64,000 nucleotides of DNA from Promethearchaeati archaeon (GCA_013166775.1 JABLTJ010000007.1:1-64000), one strand, 5' to 3'. Shown: positions 9,728-20,832, counted from the first letter of the stretch. The notes: a model not told the origin generated them from the sequence alone. Program-made: numbers and translations.

Positions 9728-10581
9728 AAAATCAAGATACTGGTGAAGAAATAAATACATACGAAGCTTATCCTTCAAAGATTCTTGCAATGAAGGATTT
9801 AACTGAAGATACTCGATATTTCAAGGTCAGATTCTTAGATGAAGATATCGTTCATGAGAATTACAGACCTGGTCAATTCGCAATAATGTCCATCCCTGGA
9901 GTCGGTGAAGCAGTATTTTCAATTTCATCTTCACCAACAAGGAGAGGATTCATTGAGTTTGGAATACGAAAGGTTGGTTCTTTCACTGAAGCATTGTTTA
10001 AGCTAAAAGTAGGGGATCAGATATTCATTCGCGGACCATATGGTGATGGTTTCGACATGGAAGGACTTCAAGGAAGAGATTTGATTATTGTATCGGGGGG
10101 ATTAGGTGCAGTTGCACTAAGATCAGTCTTGCTTTATGTAGAAGATAAACGTGAAGATTACAATCAAGTATTCTTTTTGAATGGAGCTAGAAGCCCTAAA
10201 GATATGCTTTTCAGAGAAGACTTCATGGCAATGGCACAACGAGGAACAATTGAAACACATCTCTCCGTTGATAAGGATGATACTGGGGAATGGCCATATA
10301 ACGAGGGTGTGGTAACAACATTATTTCCAAAAATAATTGACAGAGTAGTGAATGAAAAAACAACTGCATTAATCTGTGGTCCACCAATTATGTACAAGTT
10401 CGTTATTCAAGAATTATTGAAACTCAAGATTCCCAAAGATCAAATCTTAATGACTCTTGAGAGACGAATGAAATGTGGACAAGGACATTGCGGACATTGT
10501 GCAGTAGAAGGTAGATACACATGTCTTGAAGGACCTGTATTTACGTACTATGATGTGCAGAGAATCAAGGAGCTGATCTAA
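9724..10581 (+). CDS. hydG: Group 3b hydrogenase gamma subunit (FAD/NAD(P)-binding, 2Fe-2S)
   Basis: RPGQF; RGPYGDGF; GGLG; CGPPIM; ERRMKCGQGHCGHC..CLEGPVF; ATGA overlap with hydB. Confidence 0.9.
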   Translation: MKNQDTGEEINTYEAYPSKILAMKDLTEDTRYFKVRFLDEDIVHENYRPGQFAIMSIPGVGEAVFSISSSPTRRGFIEFGIRKVGSFTEALFKLKVGDQIFIRGPYGDGFDMEGLQGRDLIIVSGGLGAVALRSVLLYVEDKREDYNQVFFLNGARSPKDMLFREDFMAMAQRGTIETHLSVDKDDTGEWPYNEGVVTTLFPKIIDRVVNEKTTALICGPPIMYKFVIQELLKLKIPKDQILMTLERRMKCGQGHCGHCAVEGRYTCLEGPVFTYYDVQRIKELI

Positions 10582-10582
10582 A

Positions 10583-11380
10583 ATGTGGCAAAGAAAAAAG
10601 AAACCTGTAGTTGGTGTGTTTGGTTTCTCAGGTTGCGCTGGAGATCAATTAGCTATCATTCATATGGAAGATGAACTTATTGACTTCTTTACTAGCGCTG
10701 ATATAAAGTTCTATCACATGGCTCAATCTCATCAAGAAGTTGATCATGTAGATATTGCATTGGTTGAAGGAAGTATCAATACATCGAAGCAAGAAGCTGA
10801 ACTCAAAGAAGTGAGAGAAAAAGCTGACATTGTAGTAGCTCTTGGTACATGTGCTGCTTATGGTGGCATACAATTTCTTGGTGATGATGAGAAAGAATTC
10901 AACGAACGAATGCAATATGTTTATGGTAAAGATGGTAAAGTTCCTGAATTCTTAGACATGGTTGGTCAACCTCAAGGGGCTAGACCTATTAGTGATTTCA
11001 TCCAGGTAGATTTTACTGTCCCTGGATGTCCAGTAGCTAAAGAAAACTTAGTTCCAATTTACACTAAGCTAATCAGTGACCTCCAACCTGTTAAGTATCC
11101 ATACTCTGTATGTCTTGAATGCAAGTATCAAGGTAATGATTGTTTCTTACTTCATGGAAAGTATTGTCTTGGACCAATAACCTCAGCTGGATGCAATGCT
11201 AGATGTCCATCACTTAATGTTTCATGTGTAGGTTGTTTTGGACCATTTGAAGCTGCAAATTATGATTCATTGATTGATAAATTGAAGGAAATTGGATTAT
11301 CAGAAGAAGAAGTGATTCGAAAAATAATGATGTTTGGTGGGAGTATCGCTAAGGAAGCTTTAGGAGGATTGAAAAAATGA
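10583..11380 (+). CDS. hydD: Group 3b hydrogenase small (delta) subunit
   Basis: SGCAGDQ; LVEGS; GTCAAYGG; PGCP; VCLEC..C..CLGPIT.AGCNARCP..CVGCFGP. Confidence 0.9.
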   Translation: MWQRKKKPVVGVFGFSGCAGDQLAIIHMEDELIDFFTSADIKFYHMAQSHQEVDHVDIALVEGSINTSKQEAELKEVREKADIVVALGTCAAYGGIQFLGDDEKEFNERMQYVYGKDGKVPEFLDMVGQPQGARPISDFIQVDFTVPGCPVAKENLVPIYTKLISDLQPVKYPYSVCLECKYQGNDCFLLHGKYCLGPITSAGCNARCPSLNVSCVGCFGPFEAANYDSLIDKLKEIGLSEEEVIRKIMMFGGSIAKEALGGLKK

Positions 11381-12657
11381 AAAATCTAAGCGTTGATGTT
11401 CTATCAAGAGTAGAAGGAGATGGAGGAATAAAAGTAATTGTAGAAAATGATGAAGTAAAAGATGTTTTAGTAGATATCTTTGAAGGACCCAGAATGATTG
11501 AAGCTCTTGTTCGTGGAAAAACTATCCATGAAGATATATCTTTAGTCTCTAGGATTTGCGCAATTTGTACAGTATCACATCGATACGTTGCTATCAAGTC
11601 CATTGAAAAAGCACTTAAGGTTGAAGTTCCGGAAAAAGTCAAGCTACTTAGATACTTAATGCATCTTGCTGAATACATAGAATCTCATGTCTTACATATT
11701 TACTTCCTCGCAGTACCTGATTTCTTTAAACAACCCTCCGCTATAGCACTTCTTCCTACACATCAAAAAACAGTTGTCGAAGCTGTAACAATGAAGAAAT
11801 ATGGGACAGAATTGATGAAGCTCTTGATGGGTAGAAAAATCCATGGAGAAAATCCACAAATTGGTGGTTTCGGAAGAGTTCCTACAAATGAAGAATTAGA
11901 TTACTTTGCAGAAAAAGCTGTTGAATATAAAGAATGGATTTCAAAATTCATTGATGTAATGGCAACATTGGAAATTCCCGATTACTGTGAAAGACAAACT
12001 CAATTTATGTGCTGTAATCCACCTGATGGTAAATTCGGATTTGAAGGAGATTCAATACTTGTCTCTAATGGAGAAGAACATCCTGTCGAAGATTATAAGA
12101 AACTGACTAATGAAAGAGTAGTTTCTCACAGTTATGCTAAACGTTCAAGATACAATGACAAACCCTTCTCTGTAGGAGCATTAGCAAGATTAGTTCTCAT
12201 TGGTGACAGATTAACAGGGAAAGCTAAAGAACAATTTGATAAATACTACAACGAAAAATGGAAGGATAATCCAATCTACAACAATCTAGCTCAAGCAATT
12301 GAAACACTTTGGGCTTTCGAAGAAATACCAAGATTAATAGAAAAGATTAAAACTTTGCCTGATGCAGAAATTATTGTTCCTGACTTGAAAGATGGTCTTG
12401 CTACAGCAGCTGTAGAAGCGCCACGAGGGATACTTTATCATACATATGAGATTAAGGATAACAAAATAGTAAATGCGGACATAATTACTCCAACAGCTCA
12501 ATTTTTAGATGATATAGAAGAGTACATCAAGGTAGCTGCAGAGAAACTTCTTAAAGAAAATAATCCTGACACTGAGCTGAACCTAGAAATGATTGCTAGA
12601 GCTTATGATCCATGTATCTCCTGCAGTTGTCATATGGTTAAATTGGTGAAAAAATAA
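11377..12657 (+). CDS. hydA: Group 3b [NiFe] hydrogenase large (alpha) subunit
   Basis: RVEG; L1 RICAICTVSH; EAPRG; L2 DPCISCSCH followed by short cleavable tail MVKLVKK. Confidence 0.93.
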   Translation: MKNLSVDVLSRVEGDGGIKVIVENDEVKDVLVDIFEGPRMIEALVRGKTIHEDISLVSRICAICTVSHRYVAIKSIEKALKVEVPEKVKLLRYLMHLAEYIESHVLHIYFLAVPDFFKQPSAIALLPTHQKTVVEAVTMKKYGTELMKLLMGRKIHGENPQIGGFGRVPTNEELDYFAEKAVEYKEWISKFIDVMATLEIPDYCERQTQFMCCNPPDGKFGFEGDSILVSNGEEHPVEDYKKLTNERVVSHSYAKRSRYNDKPFSVGALARLVLIGDRLTGKAKEQFDKYYNEKWKDNPIYNNLAQAIETLWAFEEIPRLIEKIKTLPDAEIIVPDLKDGLATAAVEAPRGILYHTYEIKDNKIVNADIITPTAQFLDDIEEYIKVAAEKLLKENNPDTELNLEMIARAYDPCISCSCHMVKLVKK

Positions 12658-13116
12658 GTGTCATCTCTCTCCTCTTTTTTTACTTCTTTTGATGCAAAAG
12701 AGTGCGCTTTTATTTGTCTTGGAAACAAAGATAGAGCTGACGATGGAATAGGTTTAATCATTGCTAATAAGCTATCGAAAGTTTATCCTAAGAACGTGTT
12801 TTCTGAAGAAGAAGAGGATATATCTACAATACTTCTCTATATTTTGGAAAAAGAACAATATAAGCAAGTAATTCTGATTGATGCAGTGGAATTTGGAGCT
12901 GAACCTGGCTCATTACTAGTGTCACCAAACATAAATACAAATGTTAAACAAATATCCACTCACACAATACCATATCACGAAATATCCCGATTACTAGAAT
13001 CCAAAAACAGAGAGTTTCTTTTTATTGGTATTCAAGTTAAGTCATTGACGTTTCTTGAAGATATTTCAGAAGAGGTTATGCATGCAGCAGAGAAAGTTAT
13101 GGAATTGCTAATCTGA
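12658..13116 (+). CDS. Hydrogenase maturation endopeptidase (HycI/HybD family)
   Basis: LGNKDRADDGIG; LIDAVEFGAEPG; STHTIP; directly follows hydA. Confidence 0.88.
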   Translation: MSSLSSFFTSFDAKECAFICLGNKDRADDGIGLIIANKLSKVYPKNVFSEEEEDISTILLYILEKEQYKQVILIDAVEFGAEPGSLLVSPNINTNVKQISTHTIPYHEISRLLESKNREFLFIGIQVKSLTFLEDISEEVMHAAEKVMELLI

Positions 13117-13200
13117 TAGGAAATTCTTCATCGTGTTTTAGGGAAAATTATTTAAAACAGACAGAAAGAAAGAAGTTGAAATTAAGCTAAGATTGATTTC

Positions 13201-14001
13201 TTGAGACTATGTGATGAAAAAATGAAAACAGTTATAATTTTGACACAACCTCGAAGCGGATCTTCTTTATTGGCAGGTATACTACACAAACTAGGAGTAA
13301 GTATGGGTGATAAGGAAGAGGAGTTAATTGCTACATCTCATGATAACAAATTTGGTTCATTTGAAGATCAAGATTTTCAAATTCTTCACCATAGAATGCT
13401 TTTCAAAGCTAATATACTAATCAGATACCCAAACAGACTCAAAGAGGATGAAAGTAGAATCGAAAAAGCAGTTAAGAAATACGAGGATAAACTTATCACA
13501 TTAATTCGCAAGAAAGAAAGGGAACTTTGGGGATGGAAGGATGCTGTAATAATTTATACTCTACCATACTTCGAACAATATCTAAAGAATCCTTACTACA
13601 TCTTTCTAAAAAGACCACCTGAGAGTGTAGCTAATTCCCAAATCCAAGCTGGAAGGTATGGAAGATGGTGGAAAGAAATTAAATTAGAATATTCTTATCA
13701 ACCCATCCATCGATGGATTCCTTTAGCACTAAGAACCTTTGGTGTAATTCTGAGATATGGTTTCATTTGGCATAAATTAGAATATTTATCAAAGATTGTA
13801 GAAAACGCCCATCAAAGAATAAAGCATTTTACAAAAGATAAGAAATGCATACAAATAGATTTAGAAAATCTCATAAACAATTCAGAGGATGAGATTAGTC
13901 AAATTATAGAGTTCTTGAAAATATCACCAACTGAAAATCAAATAAAAGATGCTTTCAATTTTGTTCATCCTGAACTCATCAAATCTGATGTTCACAAGTG
14001 A
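13201..14001 (+). CDS. Sulfotransferase family protein (probable start ATG 13222)
   Basis: 5'-PSB loop QPRSGSSLL; WGWKD; RPPESVANS. Confidence 0.8.
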   Translation: MRLCDEKMKTVIILTQPRSGSSLLAGILHKLGVSMGDKEEELIATSHDNKFGSFEDQDFQILHHRMLFKANILIRYPNRLKEDESRIEKAVKKYEDKLITLIRKKERELWGWKDAVIIYTLPYFEQYLKNPYYIFLKRPPESVANSQIQAGRYGRWWKEIKLEYSYQPIHRWIPLALRTFGVILRYGFIWHKLEYLSKIVENAHQRIKHFTKDKKCIQIDLENLINNSEDEISQIIEFLKISPTENQIKDAFNFVHPELIKSDVHK

Positions 14002-14045
14002 TTTTACTCTAAACTTTTTATAGGAGTAAATTTTATCCAATCTGT

Positions 14046-15557
14046 TTGAGATTCGAACGAGATAAAAAAACAGTTAAAATGTTCTCTTATAGCACTATGG
14101 CTATGTCTTATGGGATAATGATTAATTTTCTTAATGTAAATATTTTTAATTTTTATACTGATGAAGTGCTTCTGAATATTAATTATATTCCCATTATTAT
14201 GACAATTTATGCTATCTGGAACGCTTTAAATGATCCTCTCTTTGGAATAATATCAGATAAGATAAAAACTCCCTGGGGGAGGCGTTTTCCTTTCATTCTT
14301 TTCGGTTTTATCCCATTTACCTTATCCTTTCTAGCTATTTGGTTTCTTCCTCCTTCATTGATAATTAGCAAAACGAACATTAAATCAGTAATAGGATTTA
14401 CAAATTTTCTGTTCCCCTCATTCATAAGTGCAAAATCACAATTGCTTCAAAATACAGTCAACATCCTCTTCCATCCATATGTTAGAGGAGTCAATCAAAA
14501 CTATATTTTCATTTACATGGTTTCCTTCCTACTAATATTTGACACTCTCTTTACAATGGTTGTGATGTCATGGCAAACACTATTTCCAGAGAAATTTAAA
14601 GAAGATAAAGAGAGAAGCTACGTTGCTGCAATCACTCAAACTATTAGATTGCTAGGAATTGTTTTTGCTTTAGTTTTTCCTCCTTTATTAATTGAATACG
14701 GTGATATAGATTCCTATAGATTACCAATTTTGATATTGGTAATTGTTGTATTTCTTGGTTTCTTATTTTCATTATATGGAAGTAGGGATGAAGCAAAAGA
14801 AGTAGACAAAGAAATAGAAGTAAGGGAAGAAAAAGAAGATGAGAAGAAAGGAAGAACAAATTTACAGGCAATAAATGATGTTCTGAAGAACAAGAATCTA
14901 ATGGCTTTTACAGTTGCAATAGGTATGTCTAATATCGCTTTCCTAATCTTAATGGCAATGGTTAGATATATGAACAAGTGGGTTCTTGTTCAAGAAGCGC
15001 GATTTGAAACTTACATTAATGCTGTTGCTTTTGCTGTAGGATTATTAACGTTCATCGTTTGGGCTAAAATATCGATAAAACGAGGACCGAAGCTTGTCTA
15101 TATAGCTAGTGGAGCTATGTTCTTCTTATCACTCTTACCTTTAGCTTTTGCCGGAGAAGGTTGGGGATGGGTTGTTTTGATTCTAATGGTTTTTGTTGGT
15201 TTTTCCATATCAGGATTACTGTTGATTCCAGATATTCTGCTGGCAGAAATTATAGATGAAGATGTAAAAAAATCTGGAGAAAAACGAGAAGGTCTCATTT
15301 ATGGAGTATATGGCTTTGCAATTCGGATTGCGATTGTTTTTGAATCTTATTTGATTACTTTTGTATTAAACAGAACGAAATTTGATCCTTTAGCTTCAGA
15401 GCAAGCTCCTCTAGCTAAAACAGGAATAAAAATGCTCATGGTAGGAGTTCCTGCAGTTTGTTTTATAATAGGAATAGTGCTGATGATTTTCTATTATGAT
15501 CTCTCTAGAAAAAAGATAGAAAAGAAATATAACAGAAACTTCTCAATTTTCCACTAG
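14046..15557 (+). CDS. MFS transporter, GPH (Na+/melibiose-like) family
   Basis: WNALNDPLFGIISDKIKTPWGRRFPF; EIIDED...GEKREGLIYG; ~12 TM. Confidence 0.88.
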   Translation: MRFERDKKTVKMFSYSTMAMSYGIMINFLNVNIFNFYTDEVLLNINYIPIIMTIYAIWNALNDPLFGIISDKIKTPWGRRFPFILFGFIPFTLSFLAIWFLPPSLIISKTNIKSVIGFTNFLFPSFISAKSQLLQNTVNILFHPYVRGVNQNYIFIYMVSFLLIFDTLFTMVVMSWQTLFPEKFKEDKERSYVAAITQTIRLLGIVFALVFPPLLIEYGDIDSYRLPILILVIVVFLGFLFSLYGSRDEAKEVDKEIEVREEKEDEKKGRTNLQAINDVLKNKNLMAFTVAIGMSNIAFLILMAMVRYMNKWVLVQEARFETYINAVAFAVGLLTFIVWAKISIKRGPKLVYIASGAMFFLSLLPLAFAGEGWGWVVLILMVFVGFSISGLLLIPDILLAEIIDEDVKKSGEKREGLIYGVYGFAIRIAIVFESYLITFVLNRTKFDPLASEQAPLAKTGIKMLMVGVPAVCFIIGIVLMIFYYDLSRKKIEKKYNRNFSIFH

Positions 15558-15700
15558 CTATGCTATTCGAAACTAGTTAGTTCTAAGAGAATTAATAAGC
15601 TGATTTTTCAGTAAAAAATGAATCAAAAACTCTAGATTTCATTAGAATCTTCTAATTTACCCGAAATTCTTAAATAAAATAATAAGAAAATTGGAAGTCT

Positions 15701-17167
15701 ATGAAGGATTTAAAGGAGAGAGATAGTAGAATTAGTCTTGTAGTGTTAGTTCTATCAGTAGGATCAGGAATTTTCATAACAACTTTAGATACTTCAGTTA
15801 TTGTATTATTATTAGACACAATTAAAGATGATTTTGGTATTCAACAGAATGAAGTTCAGTGGGTAATCTTAGTCTATCTAATGGTTATGATAGCTTTCAC
15901 AGTAATAGCAGGGAATCTAGGAGATAAATTTGGACACAAATTGCTTTTTCAAATAGGATTAGGAATTCTAATTCTAGGGTGTATTTTGTGTTTTTTCTCT
16001 AATTCATTCGTTTTCTTAATAATGTCAAGAGTAATTGTATCGATAGGTGTTTCCTCTATAATCTCAAATGGAATGGCTATATTAACGTATTTTACTACGA
16101 CTGATAATCGAGGATCAATTATAGGATATACAAATCTATTGATTGGTCTCTCAGTACTTATTGGAGTTGTATTAGCGTCAGTTTTAAAGGATAAATTTGG
16201 ATGGAATAGCACATTTCTTATTAGTATACCAATTGGGATTATGAGTTTAATTTCCGTACAACTTTGCATCCCAAAGATAACAATCGAAAGTGAAAAAAAA
16301 GGCGCAGATTGGATGGGAGCATTTGCTTTTGCAATTTTCTTGTCTCTTTTAATTCTAAGTTTTAGCTTTTTTGTTGAATTGCAGATAAATAGATATCTTC
16401 TCTGGGCAGGGATTTTCCTTTTACTTAGTTTTGTTTTTTTTGGAGTTTTTATTCTTATTGAAAATAAGACTGGAAATCCATTTATAGATCTTAAATTAAT
16501 AAAAAACAAAAAGATTGCAGTTGGGATAATAACAACAATTGTAGCTGAATGGGGAATGATTGTTATTGTCTATCAATATCCCTTTTATTTACAAGATATA
16601 CAAGGAATGGACAACATTATGCTTGTGGGGTTAACAATTGCAGGACTACCTGTATCAATGCCTATTTTAGCTGTAATCGCTGGGAAAATATCAGATAAAA
16701 TTGACGCTAGAATAATCTCTACAATTGGTTTGGTAGGTATGTCTCTAACTTTTCTTATTTTAATATTTATAATTAGAGTAGATACACCAATATGGTTATT
16801 GGTTCTTGTTTCTGTTTTGATGGGGTCGACTTATGGTATATTTATGACTCCGAATAATAATTCTGTGATGACTGCTGCTCCGAAGGACAAATTAGGCGTA
16901 GTAGGAGCTTTAACAAGATTAGCAATGAGTGTAGGAATTAGTTTAGGTACAGCATTATCAGCATGCTTATTTGTTTTGTCAGGAAATATTCTAGAAAAAA
17001 GAACAGGATTAGGAATAGAACATCCTCCACACTATATTATTTCTCTGCGAGTTGAATTTATCATATTCTCTATAATAATTTTGCTAGCGGCTTTCTACTC
17101 ATACAGTAGAGGACCTGAAGAAAGAGGAAGAAAATTCCTGAAGGAAGATAATAGATCTTTCACATAG
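15701..17167 (+). CDS. MFS efflux transporter, DHA2 family
   Basis: LDTSVI; GNLGDKFGHK; PFIDLKLIKN; PNNNSVM; ~14 TM. Confidence 0.88.
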   Translation: MKDLKERDSRISLVVLVLSVGSGIFITTLDTSVIVLLLDTIKDDFGIQQNEVQWVILVYLMVMIAFTVIAGNLGDKFGHKLLFQIGLGILILGCILCFFSNSFVFLIMSRVIVSIGVSSIISNGMAILTYFTTTDNRGSIIGYTNLLIGLSVLIGVVLASVLKDKFGWNSTFLISIPIGIMSLISVQLCIPKITIESEKKGADWMGAFAFAIFLSLLILSFSFFVELQINRYLLWAGIFLLLSFVFFGVFILIENKTGNPFIDLKLIKNKKIAVGIITTIVAEWGMIVIVYQYPFYLQDIQGMDNIMLVGLTIAGLPVSMPILAVIAGKISDKIDARIISTIGLVGMSLTFLILIFIIRVDTPIWLLVLVSVLMGSTYGIFMTPNNNSVMTAAPKDKLGVVGALTRLAMSVGISLGTALSACLFVLSGNILEKRTGLGIEHPPHYIISLRVEFIIFSIIILLAAFYSYSRGPEERGRKFLKEDNRSFT

Positions 17168-17768
17168 CCAGAAAGTATTCATGTATTCTATAATCTTCAG
17201 TAAGTTCAGGATGGAAAACCATTGCTAAAATTTGTTGATTTTTAACCATTACAATTCTTTCGTTATGTTTTGCTAAAATCTCAACATCGGGTGAATTTAC
17301 AGAAAGAATCTGTGGTGCCCTGATAAATACACCATGAAATTCAACTGGATTTATATCTTTAATTTTCAGTTTTGCTTCAAAAGAATCTACTTGTCTTCCA
17401 TAAGCATTTCTAGCAGTAGATATATCAATTAAACCTAATCCCTCAAAAGGATCATTTTCAGAATTGCCTTCTATTTTTGTACTTATAAGAATAACTCCAG
17501 CACAGGTACCTAAGATTTTCATGCCTTCTTCATATTTCTTGAGAATCATTTTTCTTAGATTATCTTCAGACTGGTGAACCATACTAAGCTTATTCATCAC
17601 AGTAGATTCTCCACCAGGAATGATAAGATGAGTAATAGGAAGAATATCTTCTACAGTTTTTACAAGAGTAACAGGATAATTAGGGTTGTTCATAGCTCTT
17701 TTAACAGCTACGACATGCTCACGAAAATCTCCTTGAAGAGCTAAAACCCCAACTATCGGTTTATCCAT
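17160..17768 (-). CDS. pdxT: PLP synthase glutaminase subunit
   Basis: GVLALQGDFREH; IPGGEST; GTCAG; RNAYGRQVDSFE; FHPELT. Confidence 0.95.
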   Translation of the reverse strand: MDKPIVGVLALQGDFREHVVAVKRAMNNPNYPVTLVKTVEDILPITHLIIPGGESTVMNKLSMVHQSEDNLRKMILKKYEEGMKILGTCAGVILISTKIEGNSENDPFEGLGLIDISTARNAYGRQVDSFEAKLKIKDINPVEFHGVFIRAPQILSVNSPDVEILAKHNERIVMVKNQQILAMVFHPELTEDYRIHEYFLAM

Positions 17769-18718
17769 TAGATATCTGCACCTCGTTCTTGCATGCTTAA
17801 TTCCATCTTATCAGTTTCAATACCAAACATAGTTTTCTGTTCATCTACCATTGCTTGAGCCTCTAAAACTTTGTCTGGATCGTTAAAGTGAGTAGTAGCT
17901 AAAACTACTGCTCTAGCTCTGTTTTCTGGATCATCAGCTTTGAAAATTCCACTACCTACAAATATCCCATCACAACCCATGTACATCATTTGAGCTGCAT
18001 CAGCTGGAGTGGCTATTCCACCAGCTGAGAAATTAACAACAGGAAGTCTGCCTAGCTTACATGTTTCTATTAATGTGTCTAAAGAAACTTTTATTGAACG
18101 AGCAAAATACATGAGTTGTTGTCCATCTTTGTTTTCATAGAGCTTCTTAGCATGTTCAATTGAATTCAGATATTTTCGCATGTGTTTGATTGCATGAGCA
18201 ACATTACCTGTTCCAGGTTCACCCTTTGTTCTAATCATTGCAGCTCCTTCTTCGATTCTTCGAAGAGCTTCTCCTAAGTCTCTAGCACCACAGACAAAAG
18301 GTATCTGAAAAGGCCATTTCCAGATGTGTCTCTCTTCATCAGCAGGAGTGAGTACTTCACTCTCGTCAAGCATGTCTACACCAGTAGCCTGCAAGACCTT
18401 AGCTTCGTAGGTGTGGCCAATTCTACATTTAGCCATAATCGGAATACTAACAGCAGACATAATTTCTTTGATCTTCTCAATACTAGCGGTGCGAGCAATA
18501 CCACCAACTTTACGAACATCATAAGGAAGTTTGTCTAAAACCATAACAGAAACAGCACCAGCTTTTTCAGCTATTCGAGCTTGTTCAGCGTTAGTTACAT
18601 CCATTATAACACCGCCTTTAAGCATATCAGCTATACCATACTTGACTTTGATTGTTCCAGTAATTTCTCCATCAACCTCTATTTCTCCAAATTTCTTATA
18701 ATCCCAATAATCTTTCAT
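17768..18718 (-). CDS. pdxS: PLP synthase lyase subunit
   Basis: [10 protein letters not shown]; MAKCRIGH; DESEVLT; RTKGEPGTG; [11 protein letters not shown]. Confidence 0.96.
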   Translation of the reverse strand: MKDYWDYKKFGEIEVDGEITGTIKVKYGIADMLKGGVIMDVTNAEQARIAEKAGAVSVMVLDKLPYDVRKVGGIARTASIEKIKEIMSAVSIPIMAKCRIGHTYEAKVLQATGVDMLDESEVLTPADEERHIWKWPFQIPFVCGARDLGEALRRIEEGAAMIRTKGEPGTGNVAHAIKHMRKYLNSIEHAKKLYENKDGQQLMYFARSIKVSLDTLIETCKLGRLPVVNFSAGGIATPADAAQMMYMGCDGIFVGSGIFKADDPENRARAVVLATTHFNDPDKVLEAQAMVDEQKTMFGIETDKMELSMQERGADI

Positions 18719-18884
18719 TTGAGTAACCTCACGAAGAATCCGTTTATACTAAAGATTCTACTTGTATACAAGATTTGACTTGTTGTTTTAAATTTATTGG
18801 TGTGACTTCTGTTATCTAAAGTGTTCAAACTCCATTCCATAGGCTTTAAAACCTTAAAAAAACGCGCTTTGAAACATTACATTT

Positions 18885-19019
18885 CTAGACTGTAAAAATA
18901 GTACCATTATCTATTTCAATAATAGGTCCTCTCAAATATAGTGCATTTCTTGTTAATAGGCATCTATTTTTGGTTGTATCATAATCTCTTTCTAGTTCTT
19001 CAATTGAATAGTGTCGCAT
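18885..19019 (-). CDS. Small ORF, 44 aa, unknown function
   Basis: MRHYSIEELERDYDTTKNRCLLTRNALYLRGPIIEIDNGTIFTV*, preceded by SD-like AGGTGA. Confidence 0.35.
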   Translation of the reverse strand: MRHYSIEELERDYDTTKNRCLLTRNALYLRGPIIEIDNGTIFTV

Positions 19020-19076
19020 TGCTATTCACCTATATTATTACTCAAATTATCCTATAAAGATAGTGATATTTTCTTT

Positions 19077-19196
19077 CTACTTAGGAGGAGTGAGGTTAAT
19101 AGAAAGGTCTAAAGTAAAATCAATAATCTCTCGCTGTTCTTTGACCATCTCAATTCCTTCTTGCAGATACTTTAGAGTAGAAAGATACTTTCCCAA
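19077..19196 (-). CDS. Small ORF, 39 aa, or gene remnant
   Basis: TTG start after AGGTGG: MGKYLSTLKYLQEGIEMVKEQREIIDFTLDLSINLTPPK*. Confidence 0.25.
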   Translation of the reverse strand: MGKYLSTLKYLQEGIEMVKEQREIIDFTLDLSINLTPPK

Positions 19197-19302
19197 TTTT
19201 TCCACCTTCTTTCTTTTCTTTCAGTGGGAAGAGGATAAGAAAAGCACACGATCTATCTATATAATCTAAAATTTAGAAATTTATAATTACAATTTTTTAA
19301 AT

Positions 19303-19884
19303 GTGATTGATATGAAGTCACCCTCAGTCAGAAGGTTCTTTTTTGTTTTATCAATTATCATGCTAATCTTAGTCCCTTATCCTGCACAAGCAGCTAAAAA
19401 AAGTAGATCTGTTAAAGACGAAAATGGGATGAAAATTACTATTACTTGCGGAACTAATGCTAGTTTCATTTCAGAGGATTTTAGAATTAATCTTACACTC
19501 GAACTTACGAAAAAACCTGATAATGTGGTAAAACTCTTCAAAATTGAGATGAGAATCAGACTTCTAGACATCAATTCTACAGAACGTGTAAAACAGACGA
19601 TAAATTTTCCTGATTTATATCCTAATGTAACTCAAAGAAAATCTCCTTTAATTCAGTATGACAGTGAATGGGGGGAAGTTAGGCTCGAACTTAAACTTTC
19701 TTTCTTTGTTGACAAAACAGAACCTTTACCTAGTATTGCAACGGTCACTAATTGGATAAGTTTTTTAACTCTTCGGACTGGTTCATTTACTTCCAACTAT
19801 TATTGGATTTATATTATTCTTGGATTGATAACACTCATTGGCATAGCAGTTGTAGTAAAATGGGGTTTTCTAAATAGAAAATAA
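19303..19884 (+). CDS. Secreted beta-rich protein with C-terminal TM anchor
   Basis: Signal peptide ending AQA; C-terminal YWIYIILGLITLIGIAVVVKW. Confidence 0.7.
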   Translation: MIDMKSPSVRRFFFVLSIIMLILVPYPAQAAKKSRSVKDENGMKITITCGTNASFISEDFRINLTLELTKKPDNVVKLFKIEMRIRLLDINSTERVKQTINFPDLYPNVTQRKSPLIQYDSEWGEVRLELKLSFFVDKTEPLPSIATVTNWISFLTLRTGSFTSNYYWIYIILGLITLIGIAVVVKWGFLNRK

Positions 19885-19963
19885 TCTTGAGTAAATTGTA
19901 TCACTTTTTATAGTAATCAAATTGTACTTTTATAGATGATAAAATATTAGAGTATAGAGAATA

Positions 19964-20677
19964 ATGAATTGGAAGAAGATTAGTAGTTGCATAAACAAAA
20001 AACCAACAACAAATATGAGAGTGAATCGAAAAATAAAAATGAAAATAATGCTCTCTTTATTGTTCTTTTTGATTATGTCACCTTTGCAACTATGTGCAGA
20101 AGATGAATATCTTGTAATTAGTGTTATTGATGCTAGCTTTCCACCGAGATTTAGGATTTACGAGGAATTGAACTTCACTCGATTCAGTTTCGATATAGAT
20201 TATCAAGTTAATAATCCTACTCATTCAGATGTTGTAATTACATTTATTTGTACTCCTTTTCCATTTCCACGTTTAAAAGTAAATTTAGAAAACAAGACTC
20301 TTCTTGTTCTACAAGCTTTTATTATAGAGCCGTTTCCTGGGGAGTATATACTATCTCCTGGAATTTGGTACGAGAGCTACTTATTCAGCTTTGAGATAGA
20401 TAATTACTTAAATGAAAGTCCTCCACTTGGTGAATATGAAATGTGGTTTGATTACACGAATTGCAGTACCTGTCCTGTTCCTGTAGTGACAGAAAAGCTG
20501 ATTATTGATGTTACAGAAACAAACATCATCTATTTTTTTGAGAACAATAATGAAACCAGAGTAGTTTCTCCTACACAAACTATCGAAGTAGCAGATTTCG
20601 AACTACCATTTTATGTCTTTTCCCTTCTGTTATTAGTTCGAGTGTATGTTAAAAGGAAACGAAGAACAAGAGTTTGA
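19964..20677 (+). CDS. Secreted Ig-like protein with C-terminal TM and polybasic tail
   Basis: Signal-like KIMLSLLFFLIMSPLQLCA; C-terminus FELPFYVFSLLLLVRVYVKRKRRTRV. Confidence 0.7.
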   Translation: MNWKKISSCINKKPTTNMRVNRKIKMKIMLSLLFFLIMSPLQLCAEDEYLVISVIDASFPPRFRIYEELNFTRFSFDIDYQVNNPTHSDVVITFICTPFPFPRLKVNLENKTLLVLQAFIIEPFPGEYILSPGIWYESYLFSFEIDNYLNESPPLGEYEMWFDYTNCSTCPVPVVTEKLIIDVTETNIIYFFENNNETRVVSPTQTIEVADFELPFYVFSLLLLVRVYVKRKRRTRV

Positions 20678-20832
20678 CCTAAACTTTTTGCTTTTTCCCT
20701 CTAAAAACCAGCGTATAATATGAGTGAATTATTCTATTGCCTTATTTGCTTCTTTCACTTTACTTCAAGCAATCAGAGCTGAGTTTCCGAAAAAAAAAGA
20801 AAAAAAAATAAGGTGATTAGAGGACTATATTA

